Source: Bacteroidaceae bacterium (GTDB taxonomy: Bacteria > Bacteroidota > Bacteroidia > Bacteroidales > Bacteroidaceae). From it: a DNA stretch of 64,000 nucleotides. The stretch spans positions 27,631 to 91,630 of the forward strand of contig JAKSIZ010000006.1 in NCBI GenBank assembly GCA_024398515.1, given 5' to 3'. The stretch's first letter is position 1, and every line of letters begins with the position of its first letter. Shown in pieces: positions 15,983 to 25,775 of the stretch. A program made the translations under genes and the position numbers. The notes below the pieces were generated by a model. That model ran no database searches, had not been told where the DNA came from, and worked only from the letters and a program-made list of their open reading frames with translations.

Positions 15983-18900
15983 TTAGTCAAACGGCAGATT
16001 GCCTGGCAACGTCGCTTCTGCCGGATCTGACGTATCTTGTGGTTTAACCCGTTGTTTTTGCATGTCTGTATTGTACATAGCACGGAAGACGTCATAGTTT
16101 ATGGCAATACACGATGTATTCTTCTCACGCTCGACACGTTGTTTGCTCATGTCAGGATTACTATCAGAGCGTTGCGTTTCTTCCGTTTCCGTCCACACAA
16201 AACGATGAGACTTGACTGGTGTAATGTACGATGGGTGCGACTTTAGATTATTCTCAATCTGCGAATATGCCGTACCCTCTCTATTGTAGTTTTGGTGGTC
16301 ATAGATTGCGAACACAGTATTCAATCTTATGAACATCACCCGAGTTCCAGGGTCGAAGGTGAAAGCTTTAGGTCCTTTGTCTGTCTGCCCCGTTATCTTA
16401 GTTGGTGTCTCGATGGAAAATTCGCGACCTTCAAGCAGAGTGCCATTCTCGACCATGACAGACATCGCGCTAAAGAACAGAGCGAGCTTGTCAGTACGTT
16501 GGATTAATGACAACTGATATACGATTTTTTCCTGTGCCAATTGGAAGAATTCACTATATGTAAATGGAAGCTGCAGTGTCGAGTATTGCTCAATTAGTTT
16601 TACCATTCCGAGGAACAGAGACACCGTCTTCATCAGACGGTCACGCTCTCCGGTATTAGCGACTCCCTCTTTCAATTCATTGTAGCCTTCTTTCGCTAAT
16701 TCACGAAAATGGTCCATCACCATTGGCCGTAGTTTGAGGATTTCGATAAGGACATTACTGAGACCAACTTTGTTCGGGTTCTCGATGTCTTTCAGTTTTT
16801 CGAAGATTCTTACTTCATCGGGAGTTCTGTCCTTAGACTTTGGAACCTCACATATAATAACTCGACTCATGAGAGAGTTGTCGTCTCGTTCTGGCGTTTC
16901 CTGGCCGACTATTACAGCAGGTGCAAACACCTTGTCAATCGCAATTTCTTTGCTCGTGGCATTTCTACGCTTTTGCTTTCCGTCTCCATCATAGACAATA
17001 CCCTTCAATGCTTGAAACTTCGCTTCACTCACATCCTTGTTGTTATATTCTTCGAGCACCACGGGAACGTCTCTGAACAAACCAACGAGTGTCGAGAGAC
17101 CGGCATCACTACCTGAACATAGGTTGAAAATCGGCTCATTTGGGTTAATACCAAACAGCGAGCGTATCGATACGGCGATTTGTGTTTTTCCAGATGACAT
17201 CGGACCAATAAAGAATGGTGCAGTGAATAAACGATCAATGCAATGTATATTAGAGCGAAATGCACACATGATAGCAAAAAGTAGTGCCCAGTGACCATTG
17301 TTATTGAGCCGATACACATCGACCATAAGTTTAGCCCATTGCTCGAATGTAACCCTTTTCGATTCCGGAACATCCCTGTATGTTAGCTGGCATATAAGTT
17401 CGTATTTTTCTGTCTTCTTCTTTCTTCCAGCGTATATCGTAGAGTATGCAGGAAGGTAGTAGTTATCCTTATTATGTGTGACAACTCCTAGTTCGTTGAC
17501 TGGTTCGAACTTGCCGACACCATCAACAATATGATAGATTCCATTGGAAAATGCAAAGAACTGTTCGTCTGCCTTGCGTGACATTCCGTCCGTCTGTTGA
17601 TTGCCGTAGATGTCTATCTCAGAACACGTGATGTAGTGACGGCTCATATATTCACGGATTTTAGTCCACATCCACTCTTCACCATTCGAGAAGTTCACAG
17701 CCTCGTAGTTGATAAGTACCTCTTCGATAGTTGACTTCTTCAGCAGAGACTTAGACTGCACCTCTATATATATAGGTGTCTCGTAATATCTGCGGTTAAT
17801 CTTCAATATGCGCTTGTTGACTTCGAAGTCATCGCTGAAGATATGCAGCAACGGTGCCATGTAAAAGTCAGCTACTTGTGTATATCCAACTCCCTTCTTA
17901 TTCTGAAACATGTAACAGACGGGGTCTCCTTTCTTGTTCAGACGTGGATAATACCCACACTCTTTATACATCTTGTTGTATTCTTCATTCTCTTCTACAT
18001 ACTTAGGTACGTCATCATCATAAGTATCATCCGCAACAAAGTCATCAAAAGCGCTATTGGCCAGATATGACTTGCGCTTTGACATCATCGGTTTACGAAT
18101 CTCGTCAAATTGTCCTTTGGTAATATCAAGCTGTTTCTGATACTTATTCCTGGACAGCGTGATTTTTGATTCCTCTGCATAGCAAGTAAGTTCAATGCAT
18201 CTTAATACGATACCATCTTTTTCCCCCTCGAAGTCCTTGATAAATTCACCATGCAGACGAATGTAATAATCGATGAAAGATTCTTCAACTTCGGTAGAGG
18301 ATGAACCCTGGCATACATTTATCTTCTGCACTCCAGATTTATATATTTCGTACAAAGCGGCCAGATATGGTGAATCAAGTCCATTCTTGTCGATATAGCA
18401 GCCTTTGTCAGTTGTGACGAAATAGTTATATACACTTCTCAATTGCTGAATATCCGTCTGAGTAGGAATACCAGCCACATATACGATAGCACTGTCCTCA
18501 AAATTCTCAGCGAATTCGTTGTAGTCAGACGTTATCTGTGCAGGTTTATCATCCTCGATATACTCTTTCAACGAGTCAACGCCATAGATGCCAGCATTAG
18601 CTGTATATTTATCTGCAGTTTTGATATTCCTGCGCAAATCGCGTAACCTTCGCATAAGCGTAGCATCATCCTGCTTGAACATATTTTTAAGTTCTGTAGC
18701 ATATGAGCGACGCATACTCTCGCTTGCCACATGGGCGACTAACCGCAAGATTGTCTCAAGAGCATTATTGCTTACCGTGATATCTTTGTTTCCCTTAGGT
18801 ACAAGAACCTTGCGAAAGTAAAGATGGAAATCCTCTGTCCTTTTGATTAGATTTTCTTTCGTCTTCTCACGCAATCTTTGTGCGAAAGAATCAGGATCAT

Positions 18901-19909
18901 CGCCTGAAGGTAGCGATACACATTGCACAACCATTCCTTCCTTCAGGAAGAGTTCGCAATTCTTCAAAGCAGCTTTGTTACCGGCAGAGTCTCCGTCATA
19001 GACCATGACTACTTTATCTGTTAGCCTGGACAGAAGTTTAAGCTGCCCATCCGTAAAAGCGGTACCACTTCCACCGACGACGTTTTCTACTCCGAAGCGG
19101 ACAAGGCTTAGAACATCGAACTGCCCCTCGACAAGATAAACAAACCCCTCCTTTGCTATACTTCTTTTTGCCTGATACAATCCGAAGATGTGCTCACCTT
19201 TTGTGAACAACTTTGTCTCACCTGTATTTATATATTTACCAGCGTTAGTTGGCCCTATTGCTCTTCCTGAGAAAGCAATAACTTTCCCATGTAAATCATA
19301 GAAAGGAAACATCAGACGATCCCTGAAAAAGTCGTATGCCTGTCCATGTTCGTTTTCCTTAGCTATGCCGACTGATATCAACCTTTCTGTTGGCCATCCT
19401 TTTTCAACAAGTTCTTTGACAATAGTATTTCCTGCAGGAGCATAACCAACGCCAAAATCAGTTAGGACCTTGTCTGATGAATCATATCCTCTCGATATCA
19501 AAAACGACTGAGCTTCTCCAATTCGATTTTGAAACAATCTTGCTGCAGCATCAATTGCATTATAATTCGATTCTCTCTCTTTGTACTCTTCTAACTCTTC
19601 AGCAGTGAGTTCCTGCTTAGGGAATTCTATATTCGCTCTGTCAGCAAGAATCCTTAAAGCTTCGATAAATGAGCAGTTCTCGTATTTCTCTACAAAAGAG
19701 AACACATCTCCTCCTTCTCCGCATACGAAGCATTTATAAAATTGCTTGACTTTGCTCACTACAAGAGAAGGATTCCTGTCGCCGTGAAAAGGACACAGTC
19801 CCTTGTAATTTACTCTAGCCTTTTTCAGCGTAATATAGTCGCTGATAACATCTACTATATCACTGGCTGTTCGTACCTTATCTATGAAATCACGATTATA
19901 CATAATCAT
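15983..19909 (-). CDS. DnaG-type primase (CHC2 zinc finger, TOPRIM) fused to a P-loop helicase-like domain
   Basis: CPFH..CFVC, KYINT, VEGQFDV, YDGD and GPMSSGKT motifs. Confidence 0.9.
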   Translation of the reverse strand: MIMYNRDFIDKVRTASDIVDVISDYITLKKARVNYKGLCPFHGDRNPSLVVSKVKQFYKCFVCGEGGDVFSFVEKYENCSFIEALRILADRANIEFPKQELTAEELEEYKERESNYNAIDAAARLFQNRIGEAQSFLISRGYDSSDKVLTDFGVGYAPAGNTIVKELVEKGWPTERLISVGIAKENEHGQAYDFFRDRLMFPFYDLHGKVIAFSGRAIGPTNAGKYINTGETKLFTKGEHIFGLYQAKRSIAKEGFVYLVEGQFDVLSLVRFGVENVVGGSGTAFTDGQLKLLSRLTDKVVMVYDGDSAGNKAALKNCELFLKEGMVVQCVSLPSGDDPDSFAQRLREKTKENLIKRTEDFHLYFRKVLVPKGNKDITVSNNALETILRLVAHVASESMRRSYATELKNMFKQDDATLMRRLRDLRRNIKTADKYTANAGIYGVDSLKEYIEDDKPAQITSDYNEFAENFEDSAIVYVAGIPTQTDIQQLRSVYNYFVTTDKGCYIDKNGLDSPYLAALYEIYKSGVQKINVCQGSSSTEVEESFIDYYIRLHGEFIKDFEGEKDGIVLRCIELTCYAEESKITLSRNKYQKQLDITKGQFDEIRKPMMSKRKSYLANSAFDDFVADDTYDDDVPKYVEENEEYNKMYKECGYYPRLNKKGDPVCYMFQNKKGVGYTQVADFYMAPLLHIFSDDFEVNKRILKINRRYYETPIYIEVQSKSLLKKSTIEEVLINYEAVNFSNGEEWMWTKIREYMSRHYITCSEIDIYGNQQTDGMSRKADEQFFAFSNGIYHIVDGVGKFEPVNELGVVTHNKDNYYLPAYSTIYAGRKKKTEKYELICQLTYRDVPESKRVTFEQWAKLMVDVYRLNNNGHWALLFAIMCAFRSNIHCIDRLFTAPFFIGPMSSGKTQIAVSIRSLFGINPNEPIFNLCSGSDAGLSTLVGLFRDVPVVLEEYNNKDVSEAKFQALKGIVYDGDGKQKRRNATSKEIAIDKVFAPAVIVGQETPERDDNSLMSRVIICEVPKSKDRTPDEVRIFEKLKDIENPNKVGLSNVLIEILKLRPMVMDHFRELAKEGYNELKEGVANTGERDRLMKTVSLFLGMVKLIEQYSTLQLPFTYSEFFQLAQEKIVYQLSLIQRTDKLALFFSAMSVMVENGTLLEGREFSIETPTKITGQTDKGPKAFTFDPGTRVMFIRLNTVFAIYDHQNYNREGTAYSQIENNLKSHPSYITPVKSHRFVWTETEETQRSDSNPDMSKQRVEREKNTSCIAINYDVFRAMYNTDMQKQRVKPQDTSDPAEATLPGNLPFD

Positions 19910-20300
19910 CGAATAATTCTAATTGAAGAGCATCGAATGCTTCAACAGGTTCTACATCAAGATACCTTGCAATGGCAAGATACTCTTCATTGGTTATCAC
20001 TTTCTCTCCTCTGTATATCTGCCAAAACCGCTTCTGACTCATACGAACAGAATTATAGAATTGCCTTGAAGGCTGAAAGTCTTCAAGATGATTGAAACGC
20101 ACCTTCAGAAGGCGTATCAGAGAGTTATGTTTTACTACTGACCGTGCTGTCCACTTGTTACGAAGTATCAATAAGCGGACAGCCATTGGAGAGCGATGGA
20201 CATGTTTTGCCATCGCCTCCAATGTCATCCCTGTACCAACACTTTCTCGGATGAATTCCTTATCTTTCTCACTCCAATGAGATCCTATTACATGTACCAT
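19896..20300 (-). CDS. HTH-containing phage protein
   Basis: WSEKDKEF..TLEAMAKHVHRSPMAV plus a second XRE-like helix region. Confidence 0.65.
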   Translation of the reverse strand: MVHVIGSHWSEKDKEFIRESVGTGMTLEAMAKHVHRSPMAVRLLILRNKWTARSVVKHNSLIRLLKVRFNHLEDFQPSRQFYNSVRMSQKRFWQIYRGEKVITNEEYLAIARYLDVEPVEAFDALQLELFDDYV

Positions 20301-20587
20301 ATTTTCCCGTTCAATTCATGCGTCACAAGCCTTTTGATTTTGGTATAGTCATCGCTAAACAAATAATCATCATGATTTATCACGTAGTCCGCACATAATT
20401 TTATGAAAAGGTCTTGATGCTGCTCTGGAATATTTTTCTGTATGTCATAATACCTTCCCGGTTCAAGCTGCTTCAAAACATTACAAGTCCAATTATCAAT
20501 CTGCTGGAATTTGTCAATTCCAAGCTTATCAATATATTCGTTGACCCAATCATAATTATGTGGGCGGTATTTGCTTAGGTCTGACAT
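20288..20587 (-). CDS. Phage hypothetical protein
   Basis: 99 aa in the early operon. Confidence 0.65.
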   Translation of the reverse strand: MSDLSKYRPHNYDWVNEYIDKLGIDKFQQIDNWTCNVLKQLEPGRYYDIQKNIPEQHQDLFIKLCADYVINHDDYLFSDDYTKIKRLVTHELNGKIWYM

Positions 20588-20589
20588 AC

Positions 20590-20883
20590 CTATAATGAAA
20601 TATTATATTCTGGAGCATTGATAAACTGCAAAGGTCTAATATAAACTGGTCCACCCTGATTGGAGTCCCAGTATATAATGCCATCCATTTGGTTTCCGCA
20701 GCTCTTGCATGCATTTCCTTTCGTATCCCATTTAACACAACGGTCATGTTTATCGCTATGGCCATATACGAGTATAACACCTTCAGTAGTACAGCGCATG
20801 GAATCTATTGTAAAATCAAATGGAAGAATTCCTTCTTGTTTATGTTTATTGATAGCATCCTCAAATTGCTTTATTGTTGCCAT
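20590..20883 (-). CDS. Phage hypothetical protein
   Basis: 97 aa in the early operon. Confidence 0.6.
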   Translation of the reverse strand: MATIKQFEDAINKHKQEGILPFDFTIDSMRCTTEGVILVYGHSDKHDRCVKWDTKGNACKSCGNQMDGIIYWDSNQGGPVYIRPLQFINAPEYNISL

Positions 20884-21097
20884 AATTTTTTCTGATTAAA
20901 CTTGTTGCACCTTTACGACCAGCTCTGCTTCTCCAGTCAGACGGTCTTTCTATATTATTCTCTTTGACAAAAGCAGTCAATTGTTTTCTTGTTAACTCAA
21001 ATTGTCTAGATATCTCTTCCGACGTCATTGAGCCATGCTCTATATGATATCGTATAACACACTTTTCATACCACGACAAATCATGCCTACTCCTCAT
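20861..21097 (-). CDS. Small HTH protein (start MRSRHDL)
   Basis: MTSEEISRQFELTRKQL HTH-like segment. Confidence 0.55.
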   Translation of the reverse strand: MRSRHDLSWYEKCVIRYHIEHGSMTSEEISRQFELTRKQLTAFVKENNIERPSDWRSRAGRKGATSLIRKNYGNNKAI

Positions 21098-21110
21098 ATG
21101 TCTTTTTGAG

Positions 21111-21236
21111 TTAAATAGCAAAAGCCTGAATACTGCAGTGTTCCAACTCATGCATTAGTGAGGGGAAATCAATACTTTCAGTTTCTTCAGCTTTCGTACT
21201 ATCATCATTATACACAATAGCTATATTGTAAATCAT
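21111..21236 (-). CDS. 41-aa small ORF missing from the ORF track
   Basis: MIYNIAIVYNDDSTKAEETESIDFPSLMHELEHCSIQAFAI fills the gap in a tightly packed operon. Confidence 0.45.
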   Translation of the reverse strand: MIYNIAIVYNDDSTKAEETESIDFPSLMHELEHCSIQAFAI

Positions 21237-21242
21237 AACACT

Positions 21243-21431
21243 CTACGTTCTATTAATAATTATTCGTCTTGCTTCTATAGATTCAATCATCCATAATTCT
21301 ACTTCATCTATAGATGGATACTTCGTCAGACTATCGTTTGCGAAGTCTTCAGCTTCTGATAGAGATGTAAACATATATTTGTTGTCATCTCCCTTTATCC
21401 GGCATTCCCAATGCTGCTCATGTTTAATCAT
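21243..21431 (-). CDS. Phage hypothetical protein
   Basis: 62 aa; its start overlaps the restored stop of the upstream gene (ATGA). Confidence 0.55.
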   Translation of the reverse strand: MIKHEQHWECRIKGDDNKYMFTSLSEAEDFANDSLTKYPSIDEVELWMIESIEARRIIINRT

Positions 21432-21987
21432 AAGTTAATCTGCATATAATTCATTACTTTACGAATTTGACCAGTTTTGTTCAATCCAAGTTTATCCCTT
21501 ACAACACGAAGTTGATTCTTGACAGTTTAACAGACTTTCCAAGCCTATCAGCTATTTCTTCTGTTTCGAATCCTTTCGTATAAGCGAAAGCTACTTTGAA
21601 TTCCTCTCTACCTAGAATAGATCTAAGTTCAGGCTTACAGATTACTCCTTCGTCACGGCATACACCTCTTCTCGGGCAAACCACTTCTTCTATCGAGAAC
21701 ATCCCATTATCTATGTCATAATGAAGATTGTCCCTCTGGCCAAAATTACATCTGATGAAGTCATCTGCAATGCGATAACGATAGAAACTATAGTTAGGCT
21801 TGCTTTGAACGTTATTAGATTGAAGCCTTTCCAGAGCATCAGGGAAAAATTGTTCGAGTGAACGTATCACAACATCAATGATTTCCCTGTCTTCAATAGT
21901 AAACTCTTTTTCTTTCTCATCCCCTGATACACGATAATGTACCTTACCTTCTGGAGTATTCCAGAACTCAACACGTTTTGTTTCCAT
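21428..21987 (-). pseudogene. LuxR-type HTH regulator with a 1-nt frameshift in the HTH
   Basis: Adding one A near 21528 turns GKSVKLSRINFVL* into GKSVKTVKNQLRVVRDKLGL...QINL*. Confidence 0.7.
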
Positions 21988-22180
21988 TTAATTCCTCAAT
22001 TGCGTTATTAATACAAGTTAGTTCGCATAAGTCAATGTTGGCGTACCCTAGTAACTTCTGACGCCACGTAATAATTGACTTACCATAATTCTGTACGAGA
22101 TAGAATACAAGTTTGTCCCTCTCAGCTGTCTCCATTTTTTTGTAATAGGCTCTGAGTCCTACAAAATCCATTTTTTCCAT
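21968..22180 (-). CDS. Cro-like small DNA-binding protein
   Basis: 70 aa, first gene of the early operon, divergent from the repressor. Confidence 0.6.
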   Translation of the reverse strand: MEKMDFVGLRAYYKKMETAERDKLVFYLVQNYGKSIITWRQKLLGYANIDLCELTCINNAIEELNGNKTC

Positions 22181-22210
22181 AATAAATTTCTCAAATAAAA
22201 ATTTTATGTG

Positions 22211-22277
22211 TAAATTTGCAGTGCAAATATAAATATAAACATCGCATTTTTATGCTATAATAAGCATATTTTTGCTA
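22211..22277. promoter_or_regulatory. Lysis/lysogeny switch: opposed -7 boxes and tandem operators
   Basis: TAAATTTG (+, 22211-22218), TATATTTG (-, 22224-22231); operators at 22242-22257 and 22262-22277. Confidence 0.65.
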
Positions 22278-22336
22278 TTCTTTAACATTCGTAAACACCA
22301 TATAATAGTAATTAACAACTAATAAAATTCAGAATT

Positions 22337-22777
22337 ATGTTCAACAATCAATTGCTAAAAGAGCTTTACGTCAATTCAGGAATGACTGCATCAAAGTTTT
22401 CTGAAGAATTATGGGGTGCGGGTGCAAATCGGACAATCTCCTATTTCAACAACCGCACAAAAATCAGTACAGAATTACTGACAAAACTATGTTTCTTGTT
22501 CAAGGTAAGTGCTGATGAATTATTAGGGATTCCTAAGTTCTCATCAGCCACTGATAATGTTGTAATTGGAGACAACAATAATGTAGGAAACACGCAGCAG
22601 GATAGTTCAATTCTGTACTTAACCTTACTTAAATCTTCCATCAAGACCATGCAAGAAACAATTAAAAGTCTTCAATCTCAGATCGAGAAAAAGGATGGCG
22701 AAATCCTGGCACTTAAAAAGACTCAGGAACAAATTGTCAATCTTGCCAAGTCGGACAAAAATCGGACTAAAAAATAG
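22337..22777 (+). CDS. Prophage repressor (XRE-like HTH plus coiled coil)
   Basis: N-terminal HTH (L.KLC.LF.VSADELLG); only plus-strand phage gene; no S24 peptidase domain. Confidence 0.75.
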   Translation: MFNNQLLKELYVNSGMTASKFSEELWGAGANRTISYFNNRTKISTELLTKLCFLFKVSADELLGIPKFSSATDNVVIGDNNNVGNTQQDSSILYLTLLKSSIKTMQETIKSLQSQIEKKDGEILALKKTQEQIVNLAKSDKNRTKK

Positions 22778-22846
22778 TAATTTTATTCTATATGCAATGT
22801 TAGTACATTATTGCGTTTACGCACATAGATGCTATTTGACAGTTAC

Positions 22847-22866
22847 AAATCCTGCCTCCGCAACAA
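22847..22866 (+). other. Probable attR: duplicated 3' end of a tRNA-fMet-like gene
   Basis: AAATCCTGCCTCCGCAACAA resembles a T-arm/acceptor 3' half; no 5' half upstream; followed by a terminator. Confidence 0.65.
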
Positions 22867-22874
22867 TAAATCCG

Positions 22875-22904
22875 AAATCCCCTCTCAAAGAGGGGTTTAT
22901 TTTT
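22875..22904 (+). terminator. Intrinsic terminator downstream of the att site
   Basis: AAATCCCCTCT-CAA-AGAGGGGTTT followed by ATTTTT. Confidence 0.75.
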
Positions 22905-22954
22905 GCCTATTTATTATCCGCTAACCCCCAAAAAGTTCACTTGAAGGTCACTAT

Positions 22955-22998
22955 AAAACAAAATCAAGCAGTCGTATCAACTGCTTGATTTTGTTTTT
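22955..22998. terminator. Bidirectional terminator downstream of the tRNA
   Basis: AAAACAAAATCAAGCAGT...ACTGCTTGATTTTGTTTT. Confidence 0.8.
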
Positions 22999-22999
22999 G

Positions 23000-23073
23000 T
23001 GGGCCATCCAGGGCTTGAACCTGGGACCTCCAGATTATGAGTCTGTTGCTCTAACCAACTGAGCTAAAAGCCC
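23000..23073 (-). tRNA. tRNA with CAT anticodon, probably tRNA-Ile2 (lysidine)
   Basis: GGGCTTTTAGCTCAGTTGGTTAGAGCAACAGACTCATAATCTGGAGGTCCCAGGTTCAAGCCCTGGATGGCCCA cloverleaf. Confidence 0.92.
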
Positions 23074-23222
23074 TGCAATTCTTGTTTTGCGAGTGCAAAG
23101 GTAATAAAATTTTTCATTCTACCAAAGTTTTTTGCATTAAAGTTTAATGTTTATGAGCAAAAGCGTGCGTTTTATTGTATTTTTTCGTAACTTTGCGCCT
23201 CACAAATTAGTGTTTTTATCGT

Positions 23223-25775
23223 ATGGCTGACGAGATTTTGAAAAGCAGTGCTTTTTATGCAGGACTCACTTCGCAACAGGTGGAGCATAGTAGGAAACAA
23301 TATGGGCGGAACGTTCTTACGCCTGCAAAGCGCACTTCTATGTGGCGACTGTATATTGAAAAGTACGACGACCCTATTATAAAAGTGCTTATTGTTGCGG
23401 CTTTGTTGTCGGTGATTTTGTCGTTTTTCGGGGGAAATATCATCGAGACATTGGGCATTGTTATCGCCATTTTCCTTGCTACGACAATAGGATTTGTGTT
23501 TGAAATGGACGCTGCGAGGAAGTTCGACGTGCTTACTGCCTTCAACGAGGAAACGCCTGTAAAGGTCAGGCGCAACGGTAAGGTGATGGAAATTGCACGC
23601 CAGGACATCGTCGTGGGTGACATTGTCTTGCTCGATGTGGGCGATGAGATACCTGCCGATGGCGATTTGCTTGAGGCGATGTGCCTGCAAGTGAACGAGA
23701 GTTCGTTGACTGGAGAGCAGATAACTGCCAAGCAAACCATGCCCGACAATGCCACCAAACTGGCTGGCGAGACGTTTGCTTATCCTGTGAACCGCGTATA
23801 TCGTTCGACGATGGTAATGGATGGACGTGGCGTGATGAGGGTGACTGAGGTCGGCGACAGCACTGAAATAGGTCGCGTAGCACACAAATCGATGGAGACA
23901 ACCGAGGTTGAAACACCTCTGAACAAGCAGTTGACCAAGCTCGGAAAGCAGATTTCGTTCTGGGGAACGACCATTGCAGTCCTTGCTTTTGTCATATTTA
24001 CGTGCAAGGATTACATCACCAACAACCACTGGACAGACTATGACGTGCTCACGATTGTGCGCACAATACTGCAATATTTTATGGTTTCGGTGACGCTGAT
24101 AGTAATGGCTGTGCCCGAAGGTCTGCCTATGGCTATCACGCTTTCATTGGCTCTCAACATGCGCAGGATGCTTAAAAGCAACAACCTTGTGCGCAAGATG
24201 CATGCTTGTGAAACCATGGGAGCGGTCACGGTTATCTGCACAGACAAGACGGGAACACTGACGCAAAACAAGATGACGGTGGCTGAAGTGATTGAAAACA
24301 AGCGTTTCGACTGCCAGAGTCAATACTTTTCGCCTTCCGACCTCTTCGCATACGCCATTGCAGCCAACACTACTGCCGAGCTGGCAGATGACGGAAAAGG
24401 CATCGGAAACCCTACTGAAGTGGCACTCCTCCAATGGCTTTCGGGCGAAGGATATGACTATAAGGAACTGCGCAAGAAGATAAAAATCACCTCGCAGGTG
24501 CCTTTCTCTACCGAAAGGAAATACATGCAAACCTCTGTCGAGATATTTGGCGAGGCATATACCTTCACTAAAGGTGCGCCGGAAATAGTGCTCGAAATGA
24601 CTTCTGCCACTGATGTGGATGCCATGAAGGAGCGTTTGTTTGCCTGTCAACATGCCGGAATGCGCACGTTGGGCTTCGCTGTGAACGGCAAACTTCAGGC
24701 TATGATTGCCATCAACGACCCACTTCGCGATGATGTTCCTATGGCTGTTGCCGACTGCATTCGTGCGGGTGTAGAGGTGAAAATAGTCACTGGCGACACG
24801 TCTGCCACTGCTCTTGAGATAGCAAGAGAAGTGGGCATATCTGTCGATGAAACCGATAAAAATTGCCATATCACTGGTTCTGACTTTGCAAATCTAAGCG
24901 ATGAGGAAGCCCTCGCGCGCGTACCTTATATTAAAGTTATGAGTCGTGCACGGCCTGGAGACAAGCAACGCCTTGTGCAATTGCTGCAACAAATGGGCGA
25001 AGTCGTGGCTGTGACGGGCGACGGAACAAACGATGCGCCGGCGTTGAACTACGCTCATGTGGGACTTTCTCTCGGTTCTGGCACCAGCGTAGCAAAGGAA
25101 GCGAGCGACATTACGCTGATTGACGACTCGTTTGGCAGCATTGTGCGTGCCATCATGTGGGGGCGTTCGCTCTACAAAAACCTGCAACGGTTCCTCTTCT
25201 TCCAGCTTGTGGTCAACGTTGCCGCCCTATTGCTTTCAGTCGTAGGACCGCTGATAGGCACCAAGATGCCGCTTACCGTGACGCAAATCCTATGGGTGAA
25301 CCTCATCATGGACACGCTTGCATCGCTTGCACTCTCGTCGCTGCCTCCGTCGGAGAAGGTGATGGACGAGAAACCACGACACGAAAGCGACTCAATAATC
25401 ACACGCAAGATGATTTCGAGCATCGGCATGGTTGCATTGGCAGAGATGGTCTATCTCGTATGGTTCATACTCTATGCCGAGATGCACCACGAGGTTTCAA
25501 CCCACAACCTGACGATATTCTTCACCGGATTCGTGATGCTGCAGTTCTGGAACATGCTCAATGCCAAGACGCTCAACTCGCAGCAGTCCATCACCTCGCA
25601 CCTCAGCCAGTGCCGAGGCCTTGGGTTTGTCATGCTGCTGGTACTCGTCGGGCAATGGCTGATAGTGCAGTTCGGCGGCGAGATGTTCCGCACCGTGCCA
25701 ATCACGGCAGTAGAGTGGGGAGCGATAATCTTGGCTACACTTCCGATAGTTCTCTTTTCGTTCAAACTGCGATGA
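23223..25775 (+). CDS. Calcium-translocating P-type ATPase
   Basis: VPEGLP, DKTGTLT, KGAPE, TGD and GDGTND motifs. Confidence 0.95.
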   Translation: MADEILKSSAFYAGLTSQQVEHSRKQYGRNVLTPAKRTSMWRLYIEKYDDPIIKVLIVAALLSVILSFFGGNIIETLGIVIAIFLATTIGFVFEMDAARKFDVLTAFNEETPVKVRRNGKVMEIARQDIVVGDIVLLDVGDEIPADGDLLEAMCLQVNESSLTGEQITAKQTMPDNATKLAGETFAYPVNRVYRSTMVMDGRGVMRVTEVGDSTEIGRVAHKSMETTEVETPLNKQLTKLGKQISFWGTTIAVLAFVIFTCKDYITNNHWTDYDVLTIVRTILQYFMVSVTLIVMAVPEGLPMAITLSLALNMRRMLKSNNLVRKMHACETMGAVTVICTDKTGTLTQNKMTVAEVIENKRFDCQSQYFSPSDLFAYAIAANTTAELADDGKGIGNPTEVALLQWLSGEGYDYKELRKKIKITSQVPFSTERKYMQTSVEIFGEAYTFTKGAPEIVLEMTSATDVDAMKERLFACQHAGMRTLGFAVNGKLQAMIAINDPLRDDVPMAVADCIRAGVEVKIVTGDTSATALEIAREVGISVDETDKNCHITGSDFANLSDEEALARVPYIKVMSRARPGDKQRLVQLLQQMGEVVAVTGDGTNDAPALNYAHVGLSLGSGTSVAKEASDITLIDDSFGSIVRAIMWGRSLYKNLQRFLFFQLVVNVAALLLSVVGPLIGTKMPLTVTQILWVNLIMDTLASLALSSLPPSEKVMDEKPRHESDSIITRKMISSIGMVALAEMVYLVWFILYAEMHHEVSTHNLTIFFTGFVMLQFWNMLNAKTLNSQQSITSHLSQCRGLGFVMLLVLVGQWLIVQFGGEMFRTVPITAVEWGAIILATLPIVLFSFKLR

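Larger units (their letters stand above)
1..22866. mobile_element. Integrated temperate prophage, right-hand part (continues beyond the left window edge)
   Basis: Terminase, portal-like, Clp protease, capsid-like, primase-helicase and repressor/cro genes; ends at a tRNA 3'-end fragment, after which housekeeping genes begin. Confidence 0.93.

Noticed and set aside
1-22866. Diversity-generating retroelement, retron or integrase in the prophage
   Set aside because: No reverse transcriptase (YxDD) or recombinase ORF and no TR/VR pair seen in this window; they could lie beyond the left edge
1-22866. Stop-codon recoding in the phage
   Set aside because: Standard-code ORFs tile the prophage densely with tight coupling; only one frameshift was seen
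23000-23073. tRNA(CAT) as the prophage integration target
   Set aside because: Its 3' end (CCCTGGATGGCCCA) differs from the att-like fragment and it is on the opposite strand
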